DNA of 37,239 bases, from NCBI GenBank assembly GCA_043721115.1, contig JAYSRH010000172.1, forward strand, positions 1 through 37,239. Direction: 5' to 3'. Both the position numbers and the translations under genes were made by a program. Origin of the DNA: Fibrobacteria bacterium. Lineage in GTDB: Bacteria; Fibrobacterota; Fibrobacteria; UBA11236. Within the stretch, counting starts at the first letter, position 1. Each line of letters begins with the position of its first letter. The notes below the pieces were generated by a model. The model had not been told where the DNA came from and made no database searches. It saw nothing but the letters and a program-made list of their open reading frames with translations. This document shows positions 28,513-36,543 of this stretch, piece after piece.

Positions 28513-29430
28513 TTGCGACTTTTATTTTCTGGCGTATCAGCTCTATCCATCCTATCAGCCCTATTGATCAATGCCTGCACCGCGCCCCGCTCTGTCCTCA
28601 TTTCTCCAGACGCATTGCCCAAGGGTCATTTTCAGGCGGGTGGAAATTTCGAATTCAATATTCCCACCCAAACGGCAGCCGCACTGTATGGAGGGCTGGA
28701 GTCGGGCGTAAAATCCATTTATGCTCGCGCTAACTCAGGCACTCCCGCACCCATTACGGCCGATTCCCTGAATGACCTGACCAAAGGCATGATTGCCTAT
28801 GCCCTTGACCCTTTAGGGCCCCAGCCCGGTTTCTTCCTGCGCTATGGATTCTGGCCCCGTTTTGACGCGGGATATCATCGGGATGGCGGCGTCAACGCTT
28901 ATAATTTGCGATGGCAGTTTATGGGTCCCATCTCAGGGGATTCCACAGCATCCTCCTCGGCCTGGCGCGGCAGTCTGGCTGTGCAGTACAGTCAGCAAAG
29001 TTATGAATTGCCTTCTGTGGCAGGTTTGGATAAGCTGCAAAAGATCCTGAAATTCGAATTCAACCGTAAGGATATTCTGGTCCCGATTATTTTCGGAAAG
29101 CCTTTTGGCCCGCATGGGCGATTTGGAAGTTTCGGCGTCGGAGGAGCTTATAATCTTTCTTTAATCGATTACGGATCGGAAATTCTGAATCTGGTCGAAC
29201 GCGTCTCGCCCGGTGTCACCAAACCTTTTGATCCCATCCAAGGAAAGAAAAAGATTTCCGCTTATGGTGGATTCGCAAATGTGCGTTTGGGTTATCGATG
29301 GGCGTATGCAGTTGGATCTTTAGCCGGTTACTGGCAGGATTATGGAGATTTCCAATTGTTCGGAGGAAAATCCGTGGCCTTATCCGGCGTGACTCTGGTG
29401 CCGGCGCTGGGGTTGGAATTCCTTTTTTAA
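28513..29430 (+). CDS. outer-membrane lipoprotein / beta-barrel-like hypothetical protein
   Basis: TTG 28513 is preceded by GGAAGGA. Lipobox LLINAC. The C-terminal GLEFLF ends in a terminal Phe, typical of OM barrels. It follows nuoI where nuoJ would be expected. Confidence 0.55.
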   Translation: MRLLFSGVSALSILSALLINACTAPRSVLISPDALPKGHFQAGGNFEFNIPTQTAAALYGGLESGVKSIYARANSGTPAPITADSLNDLTKGMIAYALDPLGPQPGFFLRYGFWPRFDAGYHRDGGVNAYNLRWQFMGPISGDSTASSSAWRGSLAVQYSQQSYELPSVAGLDKLQKILKFEFNRKDILVPIIFGKPFGPHGRFGSFGVGGAYNLSLIDYGSEILNLVERVSPGVTKPFDPIQGKKKISAYGGFANVRLGYRWAYAVGSLAGYWQDYGDFQLFGGKSVALSGVTLVPALGLEFLF

Positions 29431-29446
29431 GCCTTTTTACCTTAAA

Positions 29447-29487
29447 TACCATGAAAATATTGAGTCTATCCATGTAATATCATGGTA
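29447..29487. promoter_or_regulatory. inverted repeat TACCATGA-N25-TCATGGTA upstream of the ATPase gene
   Basis: Perfect 8-bp arms at 29447..29454 and 29480..29487, 11 nt before ATG 29498. A third CCATG lies in the spacer. Function unknown. Confidence 0.25.
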
Positions 29488-29497
29488 TATTATATCT

Positions 29498-30646
29498 ATG
29501 CTACCCCGTTCAGTTCTTTTAAAGACAGTTCGACAGGCGTTGGGCCGCAGTCCAATCCTGGTATTGGCAGGGCCAAGGCAGTGCGGCAAAACCTATTTAG
29601 CCAGGGAATTTCTCAACGAGAATTCCGCCAATTATTTTGATTTAGAAGATCCGACAAGTTTGGCGCGACTAGAAGAACCCATGACGGCCTTGGGCGCATT
29701 ACAGGGATTGATAGTCATTGATGAGGTGCAAAGAAGACCCAATTTATTTCCTGTGCTGCGCGTGCTCGTGGATAGAAAAAAGAATCCAGCGCAATTTTTG
29801 ATTCTAGGAAGCGCTTCGGGAGATCTGCTTCGGCAAACCTCCGAAAGTCTGGCCGGTCGCATGGAGCGCATCGTAATGGCTGGTTTCAACCTGAATGAAT
29901 TAGGCAGGGAATCAGAAAACAAGTTATGGCTGCGCGGTGGGTTTCCTCGTTCTTATTTGGCGGATAGCGATGCGGACAGCCTTTCCTGGCGCAAAAATTA
30001 TCTGCAAACCTTGCTGGAAAGGGATTTCCCTCAATGGGGTGTGCGCGTCTCCGCGGCAATGCTGCTCCGTTTCTGGACGATGTTGGCGCATTATCACGGG
30101 CAGATTTGGAATGGAGCCGAGCCCGCCCGGGCATTAGGCGTCAGCCAATCAACCATTCGCCATTATCTGGATTTGCTCACCGATGCTTTTATGCTGAGGC
30201 AATTGCCGCCTTATTTTGCCAATATTCAAAAGCGGCAGGTCAAGGCACCTAAAATCTATATACGGGATAGCGGCCTCCTGCATCAATTATTGGGTGTGGA
30301 TTCGGCCAAAGCGTTGCTGACGCACCCTAAAATTGGCGCCTCGTGGGAGGGCATGGTCATTGAACAGGTATTGGCTACCGTACCACATGAGGAGGCATTT
30401 TTCTGGGCCACCCATCAAGGCGCTGAGATCGATTTGGTTTTGCGATGCGGGGGAGCGTTGGTGGGTATTGAGTGCAAGCGAATCGATGCACCCCGGCTGA
30501 CGCCTTCTATTCGCAATGCTTTGGATAATTTGAAATTATCTAGAATTGTGGTGCTGTATCCTGGGAATAAACGCTACCCGATAGCGGATAAGGTTGAAGC
30601 GGTTCCCTTGCAAGCCATAGCTGTTGGAGACACTCTTTTCAATTAA
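29498..30646 (+). CDS. AAA-family ATPase with C-terminal DUF4143-type domain
   Basis: Walker A LAGPRQCGKTYLA and Walker B-like LIVIDEVQ. The WRKNYLQTLLERD ... GASWEGMVIEQV pattern is typical of the AAA_14/DUF4143 architecture as recalled. Confidence 0.75.
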   Translation: MLPRSVLLKTVRQALGRSPILVLAGPRQCGKTYLAREFLNENSANYFDLEDPTSLARLEEPMTALGALQGLIVIDEVQRRPNLFPVLRVLVDRKKNPAQFLILGSASGDLLRQTSESLAGRMERIVMAGFNLNELGRESENKLWLRGGFPRSYLADSDADSLSWRKNYLQTLLERDFPQWGVRVSAAMLLRFWTMLAHYHGQIWNGAEPARALGVSQSTIRHYLDLLTDAFMLRQLPPYFANIQKRQVKAPKIYIRDSGLLHQLLGVDSAKALLTHPKIGASWEGMVIEQVLATVPHEEAFFWATHQGAEIDLVLRCGGALVGIECKRIDAPRLTPSIRNALDNLKLSRIVVLYPGNKRYPIADKVEAVPLQAIAVGDTLFN

Positions 30647-30674
30647 TGCTCGAATCGAATATAGGAAACTACAT

Positions 30675-31352
30675 ATGACGTATTCATTCTTCCTGGTATT
30701 CGCCACCTTGTGGATTCTTTTTCTGGGTTGGCGAGTCAAAATATTCTCCGGAAAAAAATCAGCCCTGCTTCTCCTTTTGGCATGGGCGGTCTGGCTGATA
30801 TACACATCCTTACTCGCGCGATCCGGAATTTTAACCAGTCCATCTATGCCGCCGCGTTTACTTCTTTTGTTGGTTCCTATTCTTTCCATGGCGATTTGGA
30901 TGAGCCGAAGTGCGTATGCCACTGTCATGGCAAGGAAATTTCCCATGCGGGAATTGATTGGCCTGCAATCATTCAGAATCCTTGTTGAAATCTTCCTCAA
31001 TCAATTGCGGAAGGAAGGATTGGTTCCCGAAGCCATGACTTTTCATGGACAAAACTTCGATATATTGATTGGCATTTCAGCTTTGGTACTTTATCTGGTT
31101 TGGAATCGGATTCCGAACCAACCCGTGATCAGCAGGCTTTGGAACATCCTTGGGCTTGTGTTTCTGGCCAATGTGGTATTGACGGGCATCCTATCGGCTC
31201 CTGGGCCCCTACATGTCCTCAACCTGGAACACCCCAACATCGCCATCACCCAATTCCCGTATGTATTTATTCCCGCGCTTTTTGTACTATCTGCATTCTG
31301 CTTGCATATTCTTGCCTTAAAGAGCATACGGCTTCAAAATACTTTAGACTAA
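30675..31352 (+). CDS. hypothetical polytopic membrane protein
   Basis: ATG 30675 is preferred. About six hydrophobic helices. No family recognised. Confidence 0.55.
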   Translation: MTYSFFLVFATLWILFLGWRVKIFSGKKSALLLLLAWAVWLIYTSLLARSGILTSPSMPPRLLLLLVPILSMAIWMSRSAYATVMARKFPMRELIGLQSFRILVEIFLNQLRKEGLVPEAMTFHGQNFDILIGISALVLYLVWNRIPNQPVISRLWNILGLVFLANVVLTGILSAPGPLHVLNLEHPNIAITQFPYVFIPALFVLSAFCLHILALKSIRLQNTLD

Positions 31353-32383
31353 GTGCCGAATTTATAGGCCAGGGTAACTTCCAAATTCATGACCACCAGG
31401 TCTCCCATATTGGCACATTTTAGGAATCGATCTTCTTTATGGAATTTTTGCAAACCTAATTTCAATTCCTGAGTTTTTTCCGGAAGAGAGAGCTCTCCGA
31501 ATTTCATGGCTTCGGTGAGCATGGTCACTTGGGCTTTGGCGAAGTTGAGCCTTCTGGCAATTAAAGTTCTTTCTTCCAATTGATATTGTCGAATGGTTTG
31601 GGGATTCAAAATCTGAATGCACAAATCGACTACGCGCCGGTTTTCCGGGAAGAATTGCGGCAAATAAACATTTATTTTTCCCTCATAACTCTGCTGGTCA
31701 AAATCAATTGCCCGCACGCGGTATTGTTCATCTTCAAAATCCGGAGTGATATCAATGACATAATTATACGAGCGCATATCTCCCAGCAAACGGGCAAAAC
31801 AACGCTCATTGAATTTGACGAACTCCTTGGCAATGCGAACTTTGTTTGTGGAGGTTCTGTCCAGAATTTCGGAAAGAAAAATATCCCCCGGAATTCCAGC
31901 AATATGTTCTTCGATGAGCGTGTTGCCACTGACCATATAATTGATGCGATTGGGCGACAGAATATCTTCCAATTCCAGACCGTATATACGCGAGGCATCG
32001 GCCTTTTTAACATAGAAGTGATCGTAATTGTCATTGTATTGATTTACGATTCGCACCCGAAAAGGATTGGAATTTCCAAAAGTACAGAAATCCACCCGTT
32101 CCACGCCAAGGTGATCGGTTATGCTTAAGTCTCCGGCCGCCTTCAATTGCGAATACATGAAAGTAAGGCCTTTAAAAATATCATTCGCATCGCTCTGACT
32201 ATACAGACAGGTCGCCCAAAGCGTGTCATTGTCGTGCTTGTCGATTAAAGGCACAGCCTCGGTATAGCGCATCAAATCATCGTACTTAACGGGAAGGTCC
32301 CTCGACCGCGTGAAGGTATTAAGGTATTCCGATAAAGGCTCGCTGACCGGGATAAGTTTTTTCTTGCGCGAAATAATTTTCAT
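31349..32383 (-). CDS. hypothetical protein with protein-kinase-like fold signatures
   Basis: Order of motifs: HFYVKKADASRIYGLELE (candidate beta3 Lys / helix C Glu), LIEEHIAGIPG (hinge-like), LLGDMRSYNYVID (D....N catalytic-loop-like) and RVRAIDFDQ (DFG-like). This is pattern inference only. Confidence 0.6.
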   Translation of the reverse strand: MKIISRKKKLIPVSEPLSEYLNTFTRSRDLPVKYDDLMRYTEAVPLIDKHDNDTLWATCLYSQSDANDIFKGLTFMYSQLKAAGDLSITDHLGVERVDFCTFGNSNPFRVRIVNQYNDNYDHFYVKKADASRIYGLELEDILSPNRINYMVSGNTLIEEHIAGIPGDIFLSEILDRTSTNKVRIAKEFVKFNERCFARLLGDMRSYNYVIDITPDFEDEQYRVRAIDFDQQSYEGKINVYLPQFFPENRRVVDLCIQILNPQTIRQYQLEERTLIARRLNFAKAQVTMLTEAMKFGELSLPEKTQELKLGLQKFHKEDRFLKCANMGDLVVMNLEVTLAYKFGT

Positions 32384-32444
32384 ATCTGTAAATATACGGT
32401 CTAATCAATTTAAAATCATCAATAGTTTTGTTGCGCTAGGGAAA

Positions 32445-33611
32445 TTATAAGTCGAATTCCAGGCCAGCCATCATAAGACCTTGCGCGTACTCGACACCCG
32501 GATCATATAGCTGGTATAAAGTGTGCCTGCGTTCCGTAGGGGACACGTTGCGGACGTCTCCATGCGTGTCGCGAAGCAGATAATCGTATTTCACATTCCA
32601 CCGATCTGGAAGCCAAGGAGTGTCGCCCCAAGATTCAAAAAAGGTGGACGATATTTTTGCTCCGATAAGTCGGGAAGTAAAAGGATACCAGCGTATGTCC
32701 GCTGATCGGTACGTTTCGTGGCCGCTGTAGTATTCCTTGGCGAAAAAAGTTCCCGATTGCCGATAGAGTCGACCCCGTAGCTCTACAATTGTCCCTTCCC
32801 AGAGATTTTGGTCCAAGTGACAATCCAGCGTGCCAGATTCCATACGCCATTCATCCTGATAGATTCGTCCATCAAGGTTTATCGAGCCAAGCAAAGAACT
32901 TAAACGGTAGCCCTGGATGATTTGTGCAGATACAGTGACCGCCTGTTTGTGATCGGGCACCTTTTCTTGAATCATGTTGCCGTTAGAATCGATAGGTGGT
33001 GTATAGGGGTGCCCCAGGAACCCCCAACTGTTTTGGAAACCGATGGTCCCGCTAACCATGGTGAGTGGCGTCAGCAACTGAGTTAGGGAAAGGCTGGTGC
33101 TTTGGATTCTTTTTTTTCCGCCTTGTCCTGCAAACGGTGCCATGGGTGTAAACTCATCGAAAAATTGGGCATGAGAAAGACTCACGGTGGTATTGCGTTC
33201 ATTGAAGTCCCAGGCTAAGGAACCTGAAGGCCCAAAGGAAAAATAGTCGTTTTCCCAACTGTTATAGAAACCGGCCGTTGCCACTACGCCAGCATGCGAA
33301 AAGGTAATCGAAGGATTTTCGGAATGGCGGAATTCAATTTTCGATGCGCCGCTCACTCCATCCATTTGTTGGCCCACGCCGGTTCCAAGGCGTCTAGATG
33401 CGCCAGTCACTACATCAAACTCCTGTTCCAAAGTAATGTTCCACATGCGACCCAGCATTTTTCGAAACAAAAAAGCGGGAGTATGGTTCCAAACCCTATT
33501 CCTATCCCAGAAATATTCGTGTTTAAGTACAAGTAAATCTCCCGTTTCGCTCGCTATTACCGGGAGCAATCCAGCGAATGCTAGAGTCAAAACTTTTTTC
33601 AGCAACCGCAA
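32445..33611 (-). CDS. DUF3570 family outer-membrane protein
   Basis: Signal peptide LKKVLTLAFAGLLPVIASE. Repeated D.VTGAS / DGVSGAS blocks and beta-rich body fit DUF3570 as recalled. It has a TTG start and overlaps the DUF4266 gene by 13 nt. Confidence 0.6.
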   Translation of the reverse strand: MRLLKKVLTLAFAGLLPVIASETGDLLVLKHEYFWDRNRVWNHTPAFLFRKMLGRMWNITLEQEFDVVTGASRRLGTGVGQQMDGVSGASKIEFRHSENPSITFSHAGVVATAGFYNSWENDYFSFGPSGSLAWDFNERNTTVSLSHAQFFDEFTPMAPFAGQGGKKRIQSTSLSLTQLLTPLTMVSGTIGFQNSWGFLGHPYTPPIDSNGNMIQEKVPDHKQAVTVSAQIIQGYRLSSLLGSINLDGRIYQDEWRMESGTLDCHLDQNLWEGTIVELRGRLYRQSGTFFAKEYYSGHETYRSADIRWYPFTSRLIGAKISSTFFESWGDTPWLPDRWNVKYDYLLRDTHGDVRNVSPTERRHTLYQLYDPGVEYAQGLMMAGLEFDL

Positions 33612-33823
33612 CCGCCACCCGATCCCGAGCTGCCGCCGGTAGTGCCTTCACGGCGCGGAAAGTCATGGCTTTCCAGTGATGCCTCCAACGGATCTTTTAG
33701 TTTTTGCATGACAGGGTCACTTAAATATTCCCGATCCTTTTGATGTACTCTAGCGCAGCCGCATAAAATGCAAAGACTGGAAAGGAATGCGCAAATGAGT
33801 CTAAGAATAGTGAGTCGAATCAA
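33599..33823 (-). CDS. DUF4266 family small lipoprotein
   Basis: Lipobox ILCGC, then REYLSDPVMQ...HDFPRREGTTGGSSGSGGGCGC at the C-terminus, which is the hallmark Gly-rich GGGCGC end of DUF4266. TTG start in a TTGA overlap with the upstream gene. Confidence 0.7.
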   Translation of the reverse strand: MIRLTILRLICAFLSSLCILCGCARVHQKDREYLSDPVMQKLKDPLEASLESHDFPRREGTTGGSSGSGGGCGC

Positions 33824-34185
33824 TCATTCCACCTGTAGGCATCGCTTAAGGACTCATGGCAGGTGATGGCGGAACAAGTCAGGTTTTTTGGATTGAAAGA
33901 TGCGGTAGTCGAATGGCCAGCGACCACATCGTTTTCTGCGAATTCAATATCGAGGTGGCGATCAAAATGCTTCCGGGAAGTGCGCCATGGAACCATTTCG
34001 TTTTTTTTCACATAGGACCGAATCAGAACATCGATTTCAGCTGCCAAGGCCGCGCCACGGGTAGTGTCAACATTGGAGTACGGTAAAGGTCGAAAGGTTT
34101 TGCCATCGACAGAAAAATGGGCAATGGCACTCTGATGGCAATCCATGCAGGTCATCAAACCATTCAGTCCAGGTTTTTGCGACAT
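33820..34185 (-). CDS. heme-motif protein, CxxCH plus CxxxxCH (Geobacter/Myxococcus CxxxxCH...CxxCH-type), possibly the distal part of a split gene
   Basis: Carries CMDCH near the N-terminus and CSAITCH near the C-terminus. It has no signal peptide of its own. Its ATG directly abuts the TAA of the upstream lipoprotein ORF in the same frame. Confidence 0.6.
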   Translation of the reverse strand: MSQKPGLNGLMTCMDCHQSAIAHFSVDGKTFRPLPYSNVDTTRGAALAAEIDVLIRSYVKKNEMVPWRTSRKHFDRHLDIEFAENDVVAGHSTTASFNPKNLTCSAITCHESLSDAYRWND

Positions 34186-34395
34186 TTATTCCATCAAGTC
34201 CTTGGAAAAAAGATGATGGCGGTGGCTGCCTTCGTCTGGAGGATAGGCGTGACAACTTGCACAATTAGGAGCAGCTCCGATCCCAGCATCATTGCTGTCA
34301 ACGAGCGCCTTTTCCGGCCACAATTTGGGAACGAGTTCACAGCCCGAAAGGCACAATAGGCATGCAAAAAGGCTTAGCTTAATGGATGGCAACAT
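34186..34395 (-). CDS. small lipoprotein with one CxxCH heme-binding motif
   Basis: ATG 34395 opens MLPSIKLSLFACLLCLSGC (perfect lipobox LSGC). CASCHAYPPDEGSHRHH matches the C..CH..PP..G.H..H pattern of the CxxxxCH...CxxCH family as recalled. Confidence 0.6.
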   Translation of the reverse strand: MLPSIKLSLFACLLCLSGCELVPKLWPEKALVDSNDAGIGAAPNCASCHAYPPDEGSHRHHLFSKDLME

Positions 34396-34405
34396 TTCAC
34401 CTTTA

Positions 34406-34745
34406 TTATAAATCAAAAACCAGCACTTCAGCATCCGTTTCAGCCCGAATCAGAATTTTCCGCTCTTCCTCCAGTCCCGCCCCATCACCAGCCTGCATCT
34501 CCACCCATTCCCCCGCGCCCCTCAGCTACCTGCAATTCAACCTCCACACCCGCATCCAACACGGTTGCATACACACGCGCATCCTGGTCAATGGAAAGCG
34601 AACCCTCCGCCTCATCCGGAGAAGCCATGAGACAAAGTCGATTCTTTCGGTTCTCCAACGGAAAATTCCGATCCTCATACCGCGGCGCCACACCACGCTT
34701 TGCAGGTACAATCCAAATCTGCAAAAAATGCGCGGACACGATCGC
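34406..34745 (-). pseudogene. pirin (YhhW-like) C-terminal remnant
   Basis: HFLQIWIVPAKRGVAPRYEDRNF...LMASPDEAEGSLSIDQDARVY...VAEGRG reads in one frame. After a C5 run (34510..34514), GEWVEMQAGDGAGLEEERKILIRAETDAEVLVFDL-stop reads in another. It aligns by eye to E. coli YhhW residues about 113-229. The N-terminal cupin half is absent. Confidence 0.75.
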
Positions 34746-35048
34746 CGTCCGTAAGACGTTTCACTTCGGGCCTTTCCGCGCCTGCCGCGCTGCGCCTTTC
34801 GGTTCCCGCGCAGGCTACGCACGGCGGGGCCTAGCCGGGACGTCCGGCCGTCCGCGATACGGCCACCCTTTACATAATGTCGTTTATGCAAACTCGCCCT
34901 TGGCGAGTCCGGTTCTTTCCAGACCTTCGCGAAACAGGTCCTTATGCAAACGTCCCGGTTTCAGATACGCGGCCTGGCCGTGTATCCCTGGCCCCAACTC
35001 CGGCCCACCACCCGAGGCAAGATTCCCGATATTATTCTATGTGACAAG

Positions 35049-35636
35049 TTAAGAGCGTATTCCATTCATACACCAGCCAAGGAGAAACCCTAAGTAACCA
35101 AGGAATCCTAATGCCGGAAGCCAGGCCGTGATTTTGGCTGGGATCACTAAATGGGCAAACGTTCCTTCAGCATGCCTGCAGAAAGCGGAATCAAATGCGA
35201 ACAAAAGAATGGAAAGGGAAACCAGGACAACGGTCCAAAAGGTATGTTCCCTGGCCGTCCGATTTTCTTCTAGGGCCTTTAAGGCCACACTGTTGTTTGT
35301 TTCTGCGGCAAACCGGATATAACTTGCCTCTGAGACTTCAATTTGGGTTTCTGTGTGGCTGGAAAAAACGCCAATCGTTGCCAACTTCAATTCAAAAAGA
35401 AGAAATGGCTTTATCAATCGGAACAGCATGCCATAGGGCAAGGCGAGAAAAAGGAAATGACAAAGAAGCTTCGGGATATTTTCCTTGGAATAATCCCATT
35501 TGAGCAAGGGGGTAAGGCTTAAAACGTGGGTACAAAGATCGCAGAAGAGCAAGAAAGATACGGCAAAAAGAATCGGCGTGAGACTCAATTTCGAACCTTT
35601 GAAAAAAGGCGGCAGGGAAACCGGAATAGGCGTCAT
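35049..35636 (-). CDS. hypothetical membrane protein
   Basis: 195-codon ATG ORF with 4-5 hydrophobic helices. No family recognised. Confidence 0.5.
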   Translation of the reverse strand: MTPIPVSLPPFFKGSKLSLTPILFAVSFLLFCDLCTHVLSLTPLLKWDYSKENIPKLLCHFLFLALPYGMLFRLIKPFLLFELKLATIGVFSSHTETQIEVSEASYIRFAAETNNSVALKALEENRTAREHTFWTVVLVSLSILLFAFDSAFCRHAEGTFAHLVIPAKITAWLPALGFLGYLGFLLGWCMNGIRS

Positions 35637-36174
35637 AGAAAATCCTTTTCTTGGCTTTTGTATCTGGTAAATGAAAGCTCAGGAATATGAGATGTTTAGA
35701 CGATTCAGCCCGGTCGACGGGAAACTATCTTTTACCCAGCGATTTCTATCTATAGCTCTCCGAGGGAATGTCCGTTGCGCGGTAATAACAGATTTCCTCC
35801 CCTGGGGGCAGCCTTCCGGCTACCCCCACCTCCTATTCGGATTTCCCGTTCGATATTCACAAGCCTTGACCGATTCCGCCGCCAACCCCAAAATAAAGGA
35901 ATGGATCTGGAAAGGGCGGAGTGGGTATTTTCTTGCGAAGTCTTCCGCATGAAAATGCTGGAGGCCAAAAAGGCCGGCATCTCAATTCAGTCCCCGGCGC
36001 GTCCGGTGCTTCAAAATCCGGAATGCCTGGAGCTTCTGGGCGGATTGCAATTTCATCACGACGACGATTCGTATAAGCGCCTATTCAAAAGTGAAGCGGA
36101 AGGGCGTGCTCCATCGAGATTCGCTCACCCCCTTTGATTTTCCTTCTTCGGAAAATCTATCCAAGCCAAGTGAG

Positions 36175-36543
36175 CTAAAGGAAACGGGCTACCGGCTGCT
36201 TGAAGAGTTCGGAAAGAGCCTTGGCAACATTCTTACTGATGGCCCTGTGCCCGGTTTCCAAATCGGAGACGTAGCGGCGGGAAAGACCACCAAGCTTTTG
36301 TCCCAGTTCGTCCTGGGTCAGGTCTTTGTTCTCCCGATAGATTCGCAGATACTTACCCGGCGTCATGGCATTTTTGCGGGCTTTGTACCAATCTGTTTCG
36401 AATACGTTGACGATTTCTTCGTCCGCATCCTCCCTGAGGACGAGTTTCTTACCGTACTGGGATTTAAGGACCGAAAGCAGCGGCCCCGGAATGTCTCCCT
36501 GAATACGCAAACTAGTATGGGGCGTTTTCACGACTGCCAGCAT
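36175..36543 (-). CDS. XRE-type HTH antitoxin (HigA-like position, downstream of the toxin)
   Basis: C-terminal HTH LTQDELGQKLGGLSRRYVSDLETGHRAISKNVAKALSELF. The ATG start overlaps the toxin 3' end by 32 nt. Confidence 0.75.
   Translation of the reverse strand: MLAVVKTPHTSLRIQGDIPGPLLSVLKSQYGKKLVLREDADEEIVNVFETDWYKARKNAMTPGKYLRIYRENKDLTQDELGQKLGGLSRRYVSDLETGHRAISKNVAKALSELFKQPVARFL

Noticed and set aside
18822-28622. Long antisense ORFs inside the kinase and nuo genes (18822..19751, 24246..25073, 25276..26004, 26810..27490, 28110..28622)
   Set aside because: Each lies opposite a gene with unambiguous family motifs, and their translations show no motifs. They are shadow ORFs.
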